This document shows positions 23,581 to 35,179 of a DNA stretch of 64,000 nucleotides, in pieces. Position numbers and translations under genes: made by a program. Origin of the DNA: Octopus bimaculoides (Eukaryota); contig NC_068983.1 in the NCBI RefSeq assembly GCF_001194135.2, positions 63,719,558 to 63,783,557 of the forward strand, in the 5' to 3' direction. The stretch's first letter is position 1. The number at the start of each line of letters is the position of its first letter. The notes under the pieces were generated by a model. The model made no database searches. It had not been told where the DNA came from and saw only the letters and a program-made list of their open reading frames with translations.

Positions 23581-25949
23581 GGTGTGTATGTGTTAGTGTG
23601 TGTGTGTGAGTATGTGTGAGTGTGTGTGTGAGTATGTGCGTATTTTATGTGTATATGTACATGTGTATACACACATAAATATGTATTTCCAGTTGTATCT
23701 ATGTGTGCATGTGAGTATATACAAGAGTGTGTGCGTGTTTGTCCAGTCTTAACATATACGTATATGCAGTTTGAAAATTTCTCCATTGCACGGTCCATAA
23801 GCCAAATACAATGAATATAAATAAAGTTAACCATCGAAATATTTCTTATTGGATAGTGGATTGAATTATCTCTACTTTTCTGTTACTGGTTAAAATTGCT
23901 CGACCGGGGCCATGCTGGGGCAACGCTATCAAGTGTATAGTGGATTTTATCGACACCATTACTTGTAAGCTGGTACTTATAGGAAATGACCAGGCGTAAA
24001 CTGACTAGGAGAGAAAATGCAGTCGGAAAATAAAAAGATCGATATCAATTTTCTCAGCATTCGACGCTGTTTCTATCATCCATCAGTCATATGTATAACA
24101 TTTCTTCAGTGAGTCAACGACTGGACCTCTATCCGGAAGTTTGAACATTTAGGGAAAAAAAAACAAAAGAAAAAAAAAACAAGAATCGAAAACAAAATTC
24201 AGTTAAATTCCAAACTTCATAGCGGGACCTCCTCAAAAGACGAAACATAGACAAAGGAAACCTCACATAAAATGGTTCTGAATACACTATTCCTGAACTC
24301 AGCTGATCGTGGCCAGACTGGTTTTGATCATAGATTTCATTGATAAGAGGTGACCTGAGTAACAAAACTAATTACAATACTTTAGTTTGTATTATTTCAA
24401 ACTGTCGCCTTGTTATCTCTGTATTATAAATTCATTCCGGAAGCAGGTCTTGAATTAGCGTATAGCTAACGACGTAGAAGATTTTCTGATCAATATTCAA
24501 AATTCTTGTCATGTGATGAAAGTAAAAAAGTCTGAAATGTTGAAAACTGAACCCTACTTAGATTCGTCTACGATACATTTTCCTTTCTGAGAAGATTTTT
24601 GGCTTAATACGTACAGGATGATGCATTACCTGATCCTGAATTCAATCGAATTGAATTTGCATTATACATACTCTAACGATATGCGAACTTTCCACTTTTA
24701 TGTATTATAATGAGCTTTAAACTTTCATCTCCTAATTCACATACCTATATTAACAATTTGACATAAGAAATATTCCTTAAAAAATGCATACACACTGTAA
24801 CACACCCATGTAGATACAAACACATGCATAAATTCTGCCAGTCTCCCTTTCTTGGGTGTGACAGCTTATACGCTCATTTATTTTCGTCGGCGATCATCTG
24901 ATATTCATCTTGTATTGTGTTTGGAGAGAAGGTTAATAGTCGAAATCTGCTGATAAAAATGATTATCTTCACAAATAGTTGAACTCTGAGCTTGTCTGTA
25001 TTTCTGTTCAGTATAAATCAAATATACTTTGAAAGTTTTTGTCGATTATTACTTTTATGTACTTAGGTTTTTCACTACATTTTGTGCCCTCTAAATCTGT
25101 CTCGAACGAAACATCATTAAACGAAATGAGTAATATTAATCAATGACTTATATATTATATTGTTCCGAACAGTAGGCACGACAGCTTCGGATGTTCCAGT
25201 TGCGTTTCACTGTATTTGCCTTGGGGAAGATAAGAGAATTATTGAGTTGGCACACAACATTGCAAATTAATAATTGAAGTTGTAATAGAGGTTAAACCTG
25301 CACCAGTGTGCTCATTAAGATGTAGTTAAAATGAGAACAAACTCAAGAAGTAAAGAGGAACTAGAACGAATGCTTTGAGAGAAAAAAAAAATATTCAAAC
25401 AGTTGCTTTCATCAAGACAGATGGAAAGGAAGTGAAATAAAGATGGAATGACCTAAAAACTTTGAGTCAGTAAACCAAGATGCTTGATTGGTAGGTATAA
25501 GTGGATCCACGAAGTTATTTGTCAACATAGAAGAGGGAAATAAGGAAAAATGTGACAAACATAGCAGTTTGTAATGAAATCAAGTAAATATGTGACATGC
25601 TTATGAAAATGTAAAGTAGCATATACGGATACCTACATAGACACATTTACGCATATAGTATTTAAAACTTTCGGCACAAACATTTCTTACGAGCCACAAC
25701 GAAATTTAAGGATGCTGGTAATAACTTAGTTTTCCTGTTAACTCTTTGGCCTCGAGTTTAAGGGAGTTTTAAGTCTCGGTTCTAGATTTCTTATAAATAC
25801 GTGCTATAGTTTTTGATGGAAGCCTTTTATACGTGCTAACCACTATGCTATAAAAATGTCTTGTTTTATCAGGGGAAGCATGCAACTTATCCGAACTCTG
25901 TCGATTTATCAAAAGTTCATTGGATTTGCGCTGAAAAATGATGTACACT

Positions 25950-26170
25950 TTTCAGAACTTTATTCTATATAAGAGGTTTAAAAGATTCTCTTCAAATCTT
26001 CCATTCCCATTGTTATACGATGGAGTTTCATGTATTCTAAAGCCAATTTTTTCCTCTTTTTGATACCCATGCTCTCCATTTTCGTAAAGAGATTCCCACC
26101 ACTTCAAATTTCTAATAAAGGCTTCTGTTTTCACCAGCATACATTTCATATAATACTTCGACGGAATTGT
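25950..26170 (-). pseudogene. Penelope-like element ORF N-terminal fragment
   Basis: KTEAFIRNLKWWESLYENGEHGYQKEEKIGFRIHETPSYNNGNGRFEENLLNLLYRIKF resembles the KTExFIxRxRW...FGF....P......FExDL motif upstream of PLE RT. Confidence 0.6.
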
Positions 26171-26551
26171 AACGTGTATATATGTATTTATGTAATATTC
26201 ATATATGCATGTGTGCATTTATCTGTCTGTATGTCTGTCTGTCAGTCCACACCTCCCTCAAAACTTTCCATTCCAGTTCGTAATTATTATAATCTGTTAA
26301 TCAATTTAGTGTCGTTGATGTGTGATTTTCTTGAATCTTATCTCTACATAAAGCTGAAAATAGCGGTGTTAAGACTTGATACTTGTGTTTTTCATACCAT
26401 ACTTTTTCCTCATTTAGCTGAAAATAGCACCTGTGCCTCTAGCGATGCTTTAAAAGATTAACATCTATATGCGTTTCTTTGTTTTGCTTGTCCTTTTTTT
26501 CTTTCTTTTCGGCAGCTCTATCTCTCACACTTTCTTTGTTTTTCTCTCTCG

Positions 26552-26553
<2 letters not shown>

Positions 26554-26633
<80 letters not shown>
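26554..26633. repeat. (TTTC)n microsatellite
   Basis: Direct reading. Confidence 0.95.
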
Positions 26634-26634
<1 letters not shown>

Positions 26635-27352
26635 TTTAATTCATACATGCATTTTTTAAGAGACAAGAGCAAAGTGCCGACTAAGCCAAACACATTTTAT
26701 CTTATCCAATCCCCTATCAACTTTGACAATGATTATTATTGCTTTCTGGCGTCGGGCCGACATTAGCTCGCTCCCAACACAACTTTCCCTAAAGTTTCTT
26801 TTGAATTCATTCAGTTGCGATGACGTTAGCCAATATCATTCTCAGACTGTGTTTACAGGTTCCCTACTTCAGTAAATATATGCCTATTATGCACGTTTAG
26901 TATTCAACTGTTATCTATTTAGGCTATGTGTAACAAGGGTTAGCTCTACATTCGCATTTGACTGTGTGTGTTGTCGAACACTTACATATTTAACGAAGAA
27001 TTTGTGCGTGTGAACATTTATGTGCGACTTTTATGTGCACATACAATTTTGAGTATCTTTCTATATACATGTCAGATCATTAACGGCTGCTACTATTAAT
27101 ATATAGGCCAGAAAAGCCTGGATTACTCTCATGTCGTCCAACAATAGTGATGGTTAGTGCAAGAAATCCAACAGAAATAAAGGTAAAGACCTGACAAACT
27201 GGCGAATAAAATTCAGGAAGGATCAAAGACTAACAAAAATGGACTGGGACACAACGGTAGAGCGCTTTTGTTCCTCACAATTATGTTCATAGTCACTTAC
27301 TCTTTCCTCCTGCATAGATGTATATGAACGCTTGTATATAATAGAATATAAT

Positions 27353-27460
<108 letters not shown>

Positions 27461-27490
27461 CATACATATATATATGTATGTATGTATATT

Positions 27491-27720
27491 CAACATGGCT
27501 CTCCGTTCGAGCAAACTCTACTGCAATTTTTAACCCAAGTGGACATCTCTTCTAGCTGGTTAACGATGCATTGCTACATCCAATAAAACTGCGAGCAGGA
27601 GAGCGAACTCCTACTGTCTCCCAAAGACGGAACCAGTAGAGCAGTCCTGGTTTCGGGCTATTTCTGGACTCCTCAGTACTGGACACCTCATCTGCTAGAG
27701 ATTAACTCTTTATTACAGGC
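27491..27720 (-). mobile_element. Putative Penelope pLTR fragment carrying a hammerhead-like motif
   Basis: 27491-27598 matches the inner arm and spacer of the palindrome at 29587-29695; hammerhead-like core at 27633-27682. Confidence 0.55.
27633..27682 (-). ncRNA. Degenerate type I hammerhead ribozyme-like motif
   Basis: Minus strand CCAGTA-CTGAGGA-GTCC-AGAAATA-GCCC-GAAA-CCAG-GA-CTGC-TC-TACTGG: perfect 6-bp stem I, core boxes, and short stem III; stem II and one stem III pair are mismatched. Confidence 0.55.
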
Positions 27721-28199
27721 ACAAGGCCTAATTACAGAAGGGACATAGAAAGACATGCGGGAACATAAAACACATGAAGGATGAATGTGAAATGAATATA
27801 TTTACAATGCAAATGAGCCGGCCACCTCACTTCCACTTCGTGATGAAACCGTGTATTCCTTTACCATTAACTTTTACACTCGCTCCGAGGCGAAAGCGCG
27901 ACTTCCCTCTTCGCTTTTACCCTACCGTAATAAACCTTTTAATCCAATGTTCATACAGTCTTTACGTATTTCTTTTCCTTTTTTTTTTAAACTAGAGGAG
28001 AACCAAATGTTTATCACAGTGTTCAAAACTTTTGGAGACCTGCGCATTTAACAGCATCAAAATTTTCGTTATGTTTTCTTTCCTTTTCCTCTAAAAAGTT
28101 CAAACAATCATTTCTCTCACCATTTCTATCTCTCACACTGTCTTTCAGTTTTGCACTCCTTCCAAGTTGGGGCGCTCTATTTCAATATAATTTTTCTTT

Positions 28200-29390
28200 T
28201 CGTTTGTGCTTTTCATGTCTCTTTTTGATTCTATTTTCCTACTGTTTTATGGGTTCTTGTATTTCCATCTCTAAGTCTTTGTGTTCCTGTATTTGTGTGT
28301 CTGTGTGTTCTTGTATTTGTGTGTCTGTGTGTTCGTTTGACTGCAACTCTACGTGTTTCGTCTGTGTGTCTATGTCTTTAGGTTTCCGTAATTCTGGGTT
28401 GTTTTGTTTCTTGTCTGCATGACTCTGTCCTTTTAATTCCTTTGCTGGTACTTCCACTGGTAAATTTTCTCCGTTTCTCGTCGTGAGTTGAGTTTCTTCT
28501 TCCACTCCTTTCCACTTCTTTACTTCCACTGTCGTCGAAGACTTTCTTCTCTCTCTTTTCCTGGGTTTTACCTCCACTAAATTCCCATCATATTCTGTTC
28601 TCTACTTCTGCTTTTCTCTCCGCCACTATCTCTTCCTGCACATTTTCTCTTCCACCATTTCTACTGCTGCTCTAGGGCATTTCCTTCTCAGGTGCCTTCT
28701 TTCATCGCATCCGTAACATTTTGGGGTTCTTCCCTCCAACATTACTTTCAGTTTTTCACCATTTGGTAATTCCACTGCTTCCGCCATTTCATCGTAATAT
28801 TCTGGGCTTACGGCGCAAATTACTTCAACACCATATCCCCAACAATTCAATTGATGAGTTCTGCTTACTATGCAAATGTTCAGGTTTTCACTTCCCTTCA
28901 CCAGCACTGAATTAAAAATTGCAGCTATTACCCAATCTGGGTCTGTCGAGAGTGGGATTCTTCCCACCCTGACCCTGACGATTCTTTTGCCCAGACAGAT
29001 CGGCACCAACGTCCATATCTCTCCCAGTATCAGTCTGTTGTCGTTCATTTTCGCCTCCTCTTCTGATGCAAAAGCGACTATTATAGTCACGTATCCCCTT
29101 CCTCTTGTAAAGAAGATTATCCCTACACTCATTCGTTCCGTCAATATTTCCTCTGTCTCTTCCTGCGGCGCGTGCCCTATTCTATTTTTATTCGAAAATG
29201 TTCTGAGTATCACCGTCATGCTTTCCATTTTTCTTTTCTCCTCCTCTGGCAGGGTCATTTTTATGTTTGACCCTTCTTTTTCATCATGCCATTATATTTT
29301 GCTATCTTCTCATTCCACTCCATCCACTTCGGCTTCTTCATTTCTATTATTCACTTCCACCCAACAATGGTGGCTTCGCACAAAAAAATC
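28200..29390 (-). mobile_element. 5' part (ORF1) of an L1/Tx1-like non-LTR retrotransposon
   Basis: ORF 28626..29258 ends in the CCHC knuckle CYGCDERRHLRRKC; the K/E-rich tail (28239..28577) has EHTDTQIQ repeats; similar to the ORF1 remnant at 62371-62601. Confidence 0.75.
28626..29258 (-). CDS. LINE ORF1 (gag-like, CX2CX4HX4C zinc knuckle), probably a pseudogene
   Basis: Open 210-aa frame in the ORF track with the knuckle motif. Confidence 0.65.
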   Translation of the reverse strand: MTLPEEEKRKMESMTVILRTFSNKNRIGHAPQEETEEILTERMSVGIIFFTRGRGYVTIIVAFASEEEAKMNDNRLILGEIWTLVPICLGKRIVRVRVGRIPLSTDPDWVIAAIFNSVLVKGSENLNICIVSRTHQLNCWGYGVEVICAVSPEYYDEMAEAVELPNGEKLKVMLEGRTPKCYGCDERRHLRRKCPRAAVEMVEEKMCRKR

Positions 29391-29514
29391 AGCTTAGTAT
29401 TCTTCAAAAAACAATAAAAACCGAGTCTGGTAGAAATGATAGAAACTCGCTTTTGCACGCAGTATATATATTTCTAGCTAAAACACAGTCGCTGATTTTG
29501 CGACAAGCAAAAAT

Positions 29515-29811
29515 GCTAGTTCTAAAACCTCTCGAAGAAATCAACGAAGTAGTTCTACTGACAAGTAATATTCGTAGCCACTTTAACATGGCTGTCCGTT
29601 CAAGCGGAATCTACTGCAATTTTTTTAACCCCAAGAGGACATCCCCTCCAGCTAGTTAACGATTGACAGCTGCATCCGATAAAATTGCGAGCAAGGGTTA
29701 AAAAAATCGCAGTGGAGTCTGCTCTAACGGACAGCCATGTTAAAGTGGCCACCAATATTACTTGTCGGTACAGCTACTGTATTGATCTCTTACAGAGATT
29801 TTAGAACTAGC
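29515..29811. repeat. ~297-bp imperfect palindrome (arms ~118 bp, spacer ~63 bp), MITE- or pLTR-derived
   Basis: GCTAGTTCTAAAA...GCCACTTTAACATGGCTGTCCGTT...TTTTTTAACCC is mirrored by GGGTTAAAAAAA...AACGGACAGCCATGTTAAAGTGGC...TTTTAGAACTAGC. Confidence 0.85.
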
Positions 29812-30489
29812 CTTCTTGCGTATGATATATATATATATATATATTTATAACATGATACATGTGTGTGTGCTTATGTATAATAAGTGTATACATAAATATA
29901 TAAATGTGTGCGCATGTACACACGCAGGCATATACATACATACATACATACATACCCCCCCCCCCCNNNNNNNNNNNNNNNNNNNNNNNNNCCCCCCCCC
30001 ACACACATATATATATATATATGCATTCATGTGTATATAAGCATTCATTTGCCTAGATATTCACTGACACACACGCACCGATACATACAAACTAATTATA
30101 AACACTCGCATAGGTACATAGAAACTAATTATAAACGCATGTATACTTAAACAACCAAATACACACACACGCACGCGTGTGAACACTTAGATATAGATAT
30201 ATTTCTGTCTGGAAAATAAATCTGATATTATGTACTAATTATTTTTCAAATTTCCCACATGAAGCCAATAGATATTAAAATATAATGGAAGCAGAATGGT
30301 TTGTAAACACTCACCAATTCTGCAAAATGACGAAATATTACAAATTGCTGAAAGACATTAACCGCTAGAAAATAACAGTGTGTTTATAGTCAGAATGGAA
30401 ACACGTATATACAGACCCATATATATATATATATAAACGTATATACATATAAAAATAGATCCATATGTGCATATATATATATATATACA

Positions 30490-30532
<43 letters not shown>

Positions 30533-30565
30533 ACCCCCCCACATACACACACATATATATATATG

Positions 30566-30598
<33 letters not shown>

Positions 30599-31104
30599 AT
30601 GTAGTTATGCTTGTGTGTATATTGACACGCGCACACTCAAACATGTATAGCATGTACATATGTATACATGTATGTGTGTATGTAGGTGTGTGTCTGCATT
30701 TATAAGCATATTGTCTGCGTGTTTCTATGCTTATCCACAGTGCTTATCCACTTGTTTGCTTACACACAACAGACAAAAAACAAGAAGAAAAAAATAAACA
30801 AAAGCATTATGTAGTTTAGTTTCCTTACATTTCTAAGGAAATAATGATAACAGTATTCACACATGCGTAGAAATAAAGAACGCGCAAAAAATACTTTGAG
30901 TATGTGGTTAACACCATGATACCAGTAGTCAATTAAAGACATCTATAACAGACATTCAAGGATGTGATTCGGTAGGCATACCGCCTAGGAGCTATAGGAG
31001 TAGATCTCAGTATTCAGATAAAAGGCATTTGTTTTACTTGTCGTTTCGTCGTTCCTTTGTATATTTTATCTTAAAAAAAAACAAAGAAAAATCAAACATA
31101 ATTA

Positions 31105-31277
31105 TAGGGTGCAACGTGGCTGTGTCGTAAGAAGTTTACTTTCCAGTCACATGGTTCCGAGTTCCGTCTCACTGCCTGGTACCTTGAGCAAGGGTATTCT
31201 ACTATTACCATTGCCTTGGCTCGACCAAAGGATTGGGGATGGATTTGGAAGAGGGAAACTGAAAGAAGCGCGTCGGA

Positions 31278-31324
<47 letters not shown>

Positions 31325-31460
31325 GTGCGCGCGCACGTGTTTTTGTGTCTGATTTTGTCCTCCACCTTTATTTGATATCCGGTGGTGATGAGTTTACGTC
31401 CTCGTAACCTAGCGGTTCGGCAACATATGCTGATACAATAAGTAGAAGGCTTTAAGAAAA
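31105..31460 (+). mobile_element. Diverged SINE family A with internal (TCTA)n
   Basis: GTGGCTGTGTCGTAAG...GGTTCCGAGTTCCGTCTCACTGCCTGGTACCTTGAGCAAGG...GAAACTGAAAGAAGCGCGTCG. Confidence 0.8.
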
Positions 31461-31515
31461 ACAGTGGTGGAGTGGAAGAAGGTAAAAAAAAAAAAGAAAA
31501 TAGAAGGCTTCTGAT

Positions 31516-31705
31516 AATGCGGAAAGTTTAATAAAGGCTTTATATTCCAGGCGCAAAGTTCCATCTTCAGAAGATAAAAAACAACAATCTGAGAAAAGTG
31601 TAGTTATATAGATTTCGTTAACCCCTTGAAGTTCCCTGGATTGACGAAACCTGAAGATGGTACTTTGCGCCTGAAATGTAAAGGTTTTATTAAGCTTTTC
31701 GCATT
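31516..31705. repeat. Inverted pair of 55-bp segments beginning CTGAAGATGG (Penelope-like)
   Basis: The reverse complement of 31516-31570 matches 31651-31705 with several substitutions. Confidence 0.7.
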
Positions 31706-32284
31706 GTCACAATCCGTCTATCTTCTCTCTTTTTATCTTCTTCGATATTTCAATGCTTCAAGCGAACTACAATGTTCTTATAATACTAGAGTCTATTCGT
31801 TGGACTAAAATCCCTCAATGCGGCCCCGAAGCATGGCTGAAACGATGACAGAAAGACGTAAAAGATTATTAGATAGATGTTGTGGAAAATGAAGTAGCTA
31901 AAATAAAAAAAATGGTGTATGTGTGTATTTATTGCTTTCAAGTTTCGCTTGACGGCGTTTTCAGCCAGGCTGGAAGAATAAGTTGACCGGGGTAAATTAA
32001 GGTACCAGTCAAATACGAATATCATTTGTATGTATCCACACCCACACGTACATACATCCGTACATACACACGCAAATGCACATGCGTTTCAGCTCTCTAT
32101 ATGAAATATAGTTCTCGATATAACAAAAACCTATAATCATAGTTGACAGATTTTCATAAAAAGTCTGTTTCACTAGGAGCTAAAAAAAAATTAAATGAAA
32201 AATATAATTTCTTTAGTAACCTGCAACATTTTACTCAGTTATTTCCAGGTTTTTTTTTCTTTTCTGTCAATTACTCCTTTGTTA

Positions 32285-32485
32285 TTTCCATTTACACTTT
32301 TCCTCGCCGACGAAAAGACGTCAGGTGTTCTCAGACCCCGTGCAACTGATTTCCTCCGCAACATCGGGAGAAAGGTGGCCCGTCTGAGAAATGAGATCCG
32401 CGAGGTGGAGTAGCTGCTGTAGCGAGTTTCGCTGGCCGCTCCACGTAGCCACGCCATCACAGTCATTACTTCGGGCCGCGGCTGA
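32285..32485 (+). pseudogene. C-terminal end of a CRE-clade (RLE) non-LTR retrotransposon ORF
   Basis: FLADEKTSGVLRPRATDFLRNIGRKVARLRNEIREVE*LL*RVSLAAPRSHAITVITSGRG* fits ETSGVxGxxAxxFLxxxGRxx...RExxxLxQRxSxAxxRGNA; both TAG stops are one step from TGG/CAG; GC-rich island. Confidence 0.6.
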
Positions 32486-33311
32486 GCATAACATGTTTTA
32501 TAGGGTGTGTGGCCCGACGCCCCTTTCCCCTCCATTTTCTGCCGCTTTACCCACCTCTTTTTTTCTTTCTTTTCCATTTTTCGTTTTTTCTTTTTATTTT
32601 TTTGCATTTAAATGTTATGATTTAAAACCTGATCAATTGTATAATTGACTATAGAGCTAAAACGTTTATTTTCCTTATATCCGTACAAAAATGTGCGTTT
32701 ATTTCTATGTAAAAGCGCAAGCTACTGCGATAACAATTTGTTTAAGATCGTGAGTTAGCGCTGGTATATATTAATGAATTAACATACGATTATGTATATA
32801 GAGGGCATATATTCAAACTGTTTGTTATTGTCATTTTTTAAAATCGATTTATGTAAAGTCTTGCAATATAAAAAAACGTGTCTGAGTTGCTAGCAACTTG
32901 CAAACTTTAATGAGTAACAGAAAGTAAGAATGTTGATTGAAAAAAATCTTAGAAGCAACTCACCTTGACAGAACATCAAAGTCAAATGAACGCTAGTTGT
33001 TATATATATTTAAGCACGCTCGGTATTAGCTTAATATATTATGCCTTTCGTTTACTTCTTTCTCATATGTTGTGTGCATCTTTGAGGATACATAAAGAAA
33101 ATGGTCCCAACATTTTGTCATTTCTCATTCCCTTTTCTCTCTCTCTTTCTCTTTCTCCCTCTTCTTCCTCTCTGTCTTTCTCTCACTCTCACTCTCTCTT
33201 TCTCTCTCACTCTCTCTCTCTTTCTATCACTCTCTCTCTCTCTTTCTCTCACTCTCTCTCTCTCTCCCAATCTCTCCTTTTCTCGCTTTATCTACATGCA
33301 TATAATTACAT

Positions 33312-33370
<59 letters not shown>

Positions 33371-33895
33371 CATGAGAGAGAGAAAGAGAGAGAGAGTGTG
33401 TGTGAGAGTGAGAAAGAGAGAGAGAGAGCGAAAGAGAGTTTTCTTATAGAAGAAAATCTAATGTAGCATATTATTAATATTAAACATTCGATTTCAAGAA
33501 ATTTAGTAATTGATTGAGGCAGTCAAGATCCTTTAAATGCAATTAAAATGGAACATGCTTGACAGTTGTCAGACATGGATTCCAATCTATGGCTACTTTA
33601 AAAGTGTTTATTTCTCGTACTATATTGCCATTTTTTCTTTTCTTTTCTTGTTTTCTTTTGAAATAGCTGAAGACTACACATTTCAGAGGTGATGGATTTA
33701 GTTTAGCAGAACGTCGAAGACAATTCTTAGAGGCATTTCCTCCGTCTCTTTACATACTGAGTTTAAAATCCCTCCGAAGTGGGATTTTGTCCTTTATCCA
33801 TTCGTGGTCGATGAAATAATGTACCAGCCAAGCGCTGGGGGTATGGAATCAATTTTTCCCTCTATCCTCAGAATTGCTAGCCTAGAACCTTGCAG

Positions 33896-34017
33896 CGTAT
33901 CGGTATCCCGTTCAGAGAAGTGCAGTGGTCTCGATCACATATAAGCCAAAGAGACCAGGTAGCAGTTTCTAGAGTTCGTGAAACCCTCGGAGAGGCTTTT
34001 GAACTAAGAGAGTTAAG
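33896..34017 (+). CDS. Candidate internal coding exon of an unidentified host gene
   Basis: TTGCAG| acceptor, open frame RIGIPFREVQWSRSHISQRDQVAVSRVRETLGEAFELREL, strong donor AG|GTATGT; no homology recognised. Confidence 0.3.
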
Positions 34018-34114
34018 GTATGTAATTAAATTAAAGATAAAGAAGTCACCTAGCTCAGCACTCAGTTGCATCTGCGACCGAGTCCGATAGTTCTATTTTA
34101 TGGTGCTGTTAAAT

Positions 34115-34455
34115 GGTGAGGGCATACTGCTCAGTGGTTAGATCGACGGGCTCACAAGCATGAGGTAGTGAGTTCGATTCTCGGACTGGGTTGTGTGTTC
34201 TTGAGTAGGACACTTTATTTCACGTTGCCCCAGTTCATTCAACTGTAGAAATGAGTTATGACCTCACTGGTGCCAAGCTGTATCGGCCTTTATTTTTCCC
34301 TTCCATAACATCAGTGGCATGGAGAGGGGAAGCTGGTAAGCATGGGTGACTGCTGGTCTTCCCTAAACAACCTTGCCCGGACTTGTGCCTTGGAGAGAGA
34401 CTTTCTAGATGCCATCCCAAGGTCATTTATGACTGACGGGAGTCTTTAACCTTTA
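34115..34455 (+). mobile_element. tRNA-headed SINE family C with a conserved central core
   Basis: A-box TGCTCAGTGG, B-box GAGTTCGATTC, core TTGAGTAGGACACTTTATTTCACGTTGCCCCAGTTCATTCAACTGTAGAAATGAG. Confidence 0.75.
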
Positions 34456-35179
34456 ATTGTTAAATGATATAAAAAAATGGACGGAATCAAGAATAAACAT
34501 AGAGGTGCAAAACACCTGGATTACTTAGTGGTTGCGTGTTTTAGGGTATGATGACACTAGACATCATATCATATTTTTCCAGTGAACATAGGACCCGAGA
34601 TACTAATATGATATAAGGACAACACGTCAAATAGGGTAATAACAATCTCAGTTACTTAACAAAATGCTACCTCTGGTAAATTCTATGCACATGTTCTGCT
34701 AACAGTATGGTGTGGCTTTGGTCAACGACACTTAACTTTCAAATAAGCCCTCTTCAAAATGTTGCCAAAAGTCATCGTGTCACTCCATTATTAGCAGTTT
34801 GCATGCAAGAACTCTGTAGCAATATTCAAGATAAAACAAATGAACGCATGTTTAAGTGGATCAGTGTTATAAAATTTATATTATATTGGTAAGCAGTGGG
34901 AGGAAACCCAGTAATATCCATTACAACTTCTTTATCGTGCAATTCTGAGCTTAACTCATTTTATAAGTTAAAGAAAGAAATTGTTATGTATGTATGTATC
35001 TATCTATCTTTTCTTTCTCAGTATTCCTCTCTGTCTCTGTTGGTCGGTATCTCTCGCTTTCTGAGTCCTACCACATACATGTAAATGTGTGTGCGTCTAA
35101 ATATATGTTTGCGTATTATGCATATATAGACGGAAAGAGAGTGAAAGAGAAAGAGAGGGATGGATTAGTACAGGAGGTT

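Noticed and set aside
27090-27330. Minus-strand hydrophobic peptide VFTFISVGFLALTITIVGRHE and nearby GTAAGT donor
   Set aside because: Splice signals and frames do not assemble consistently
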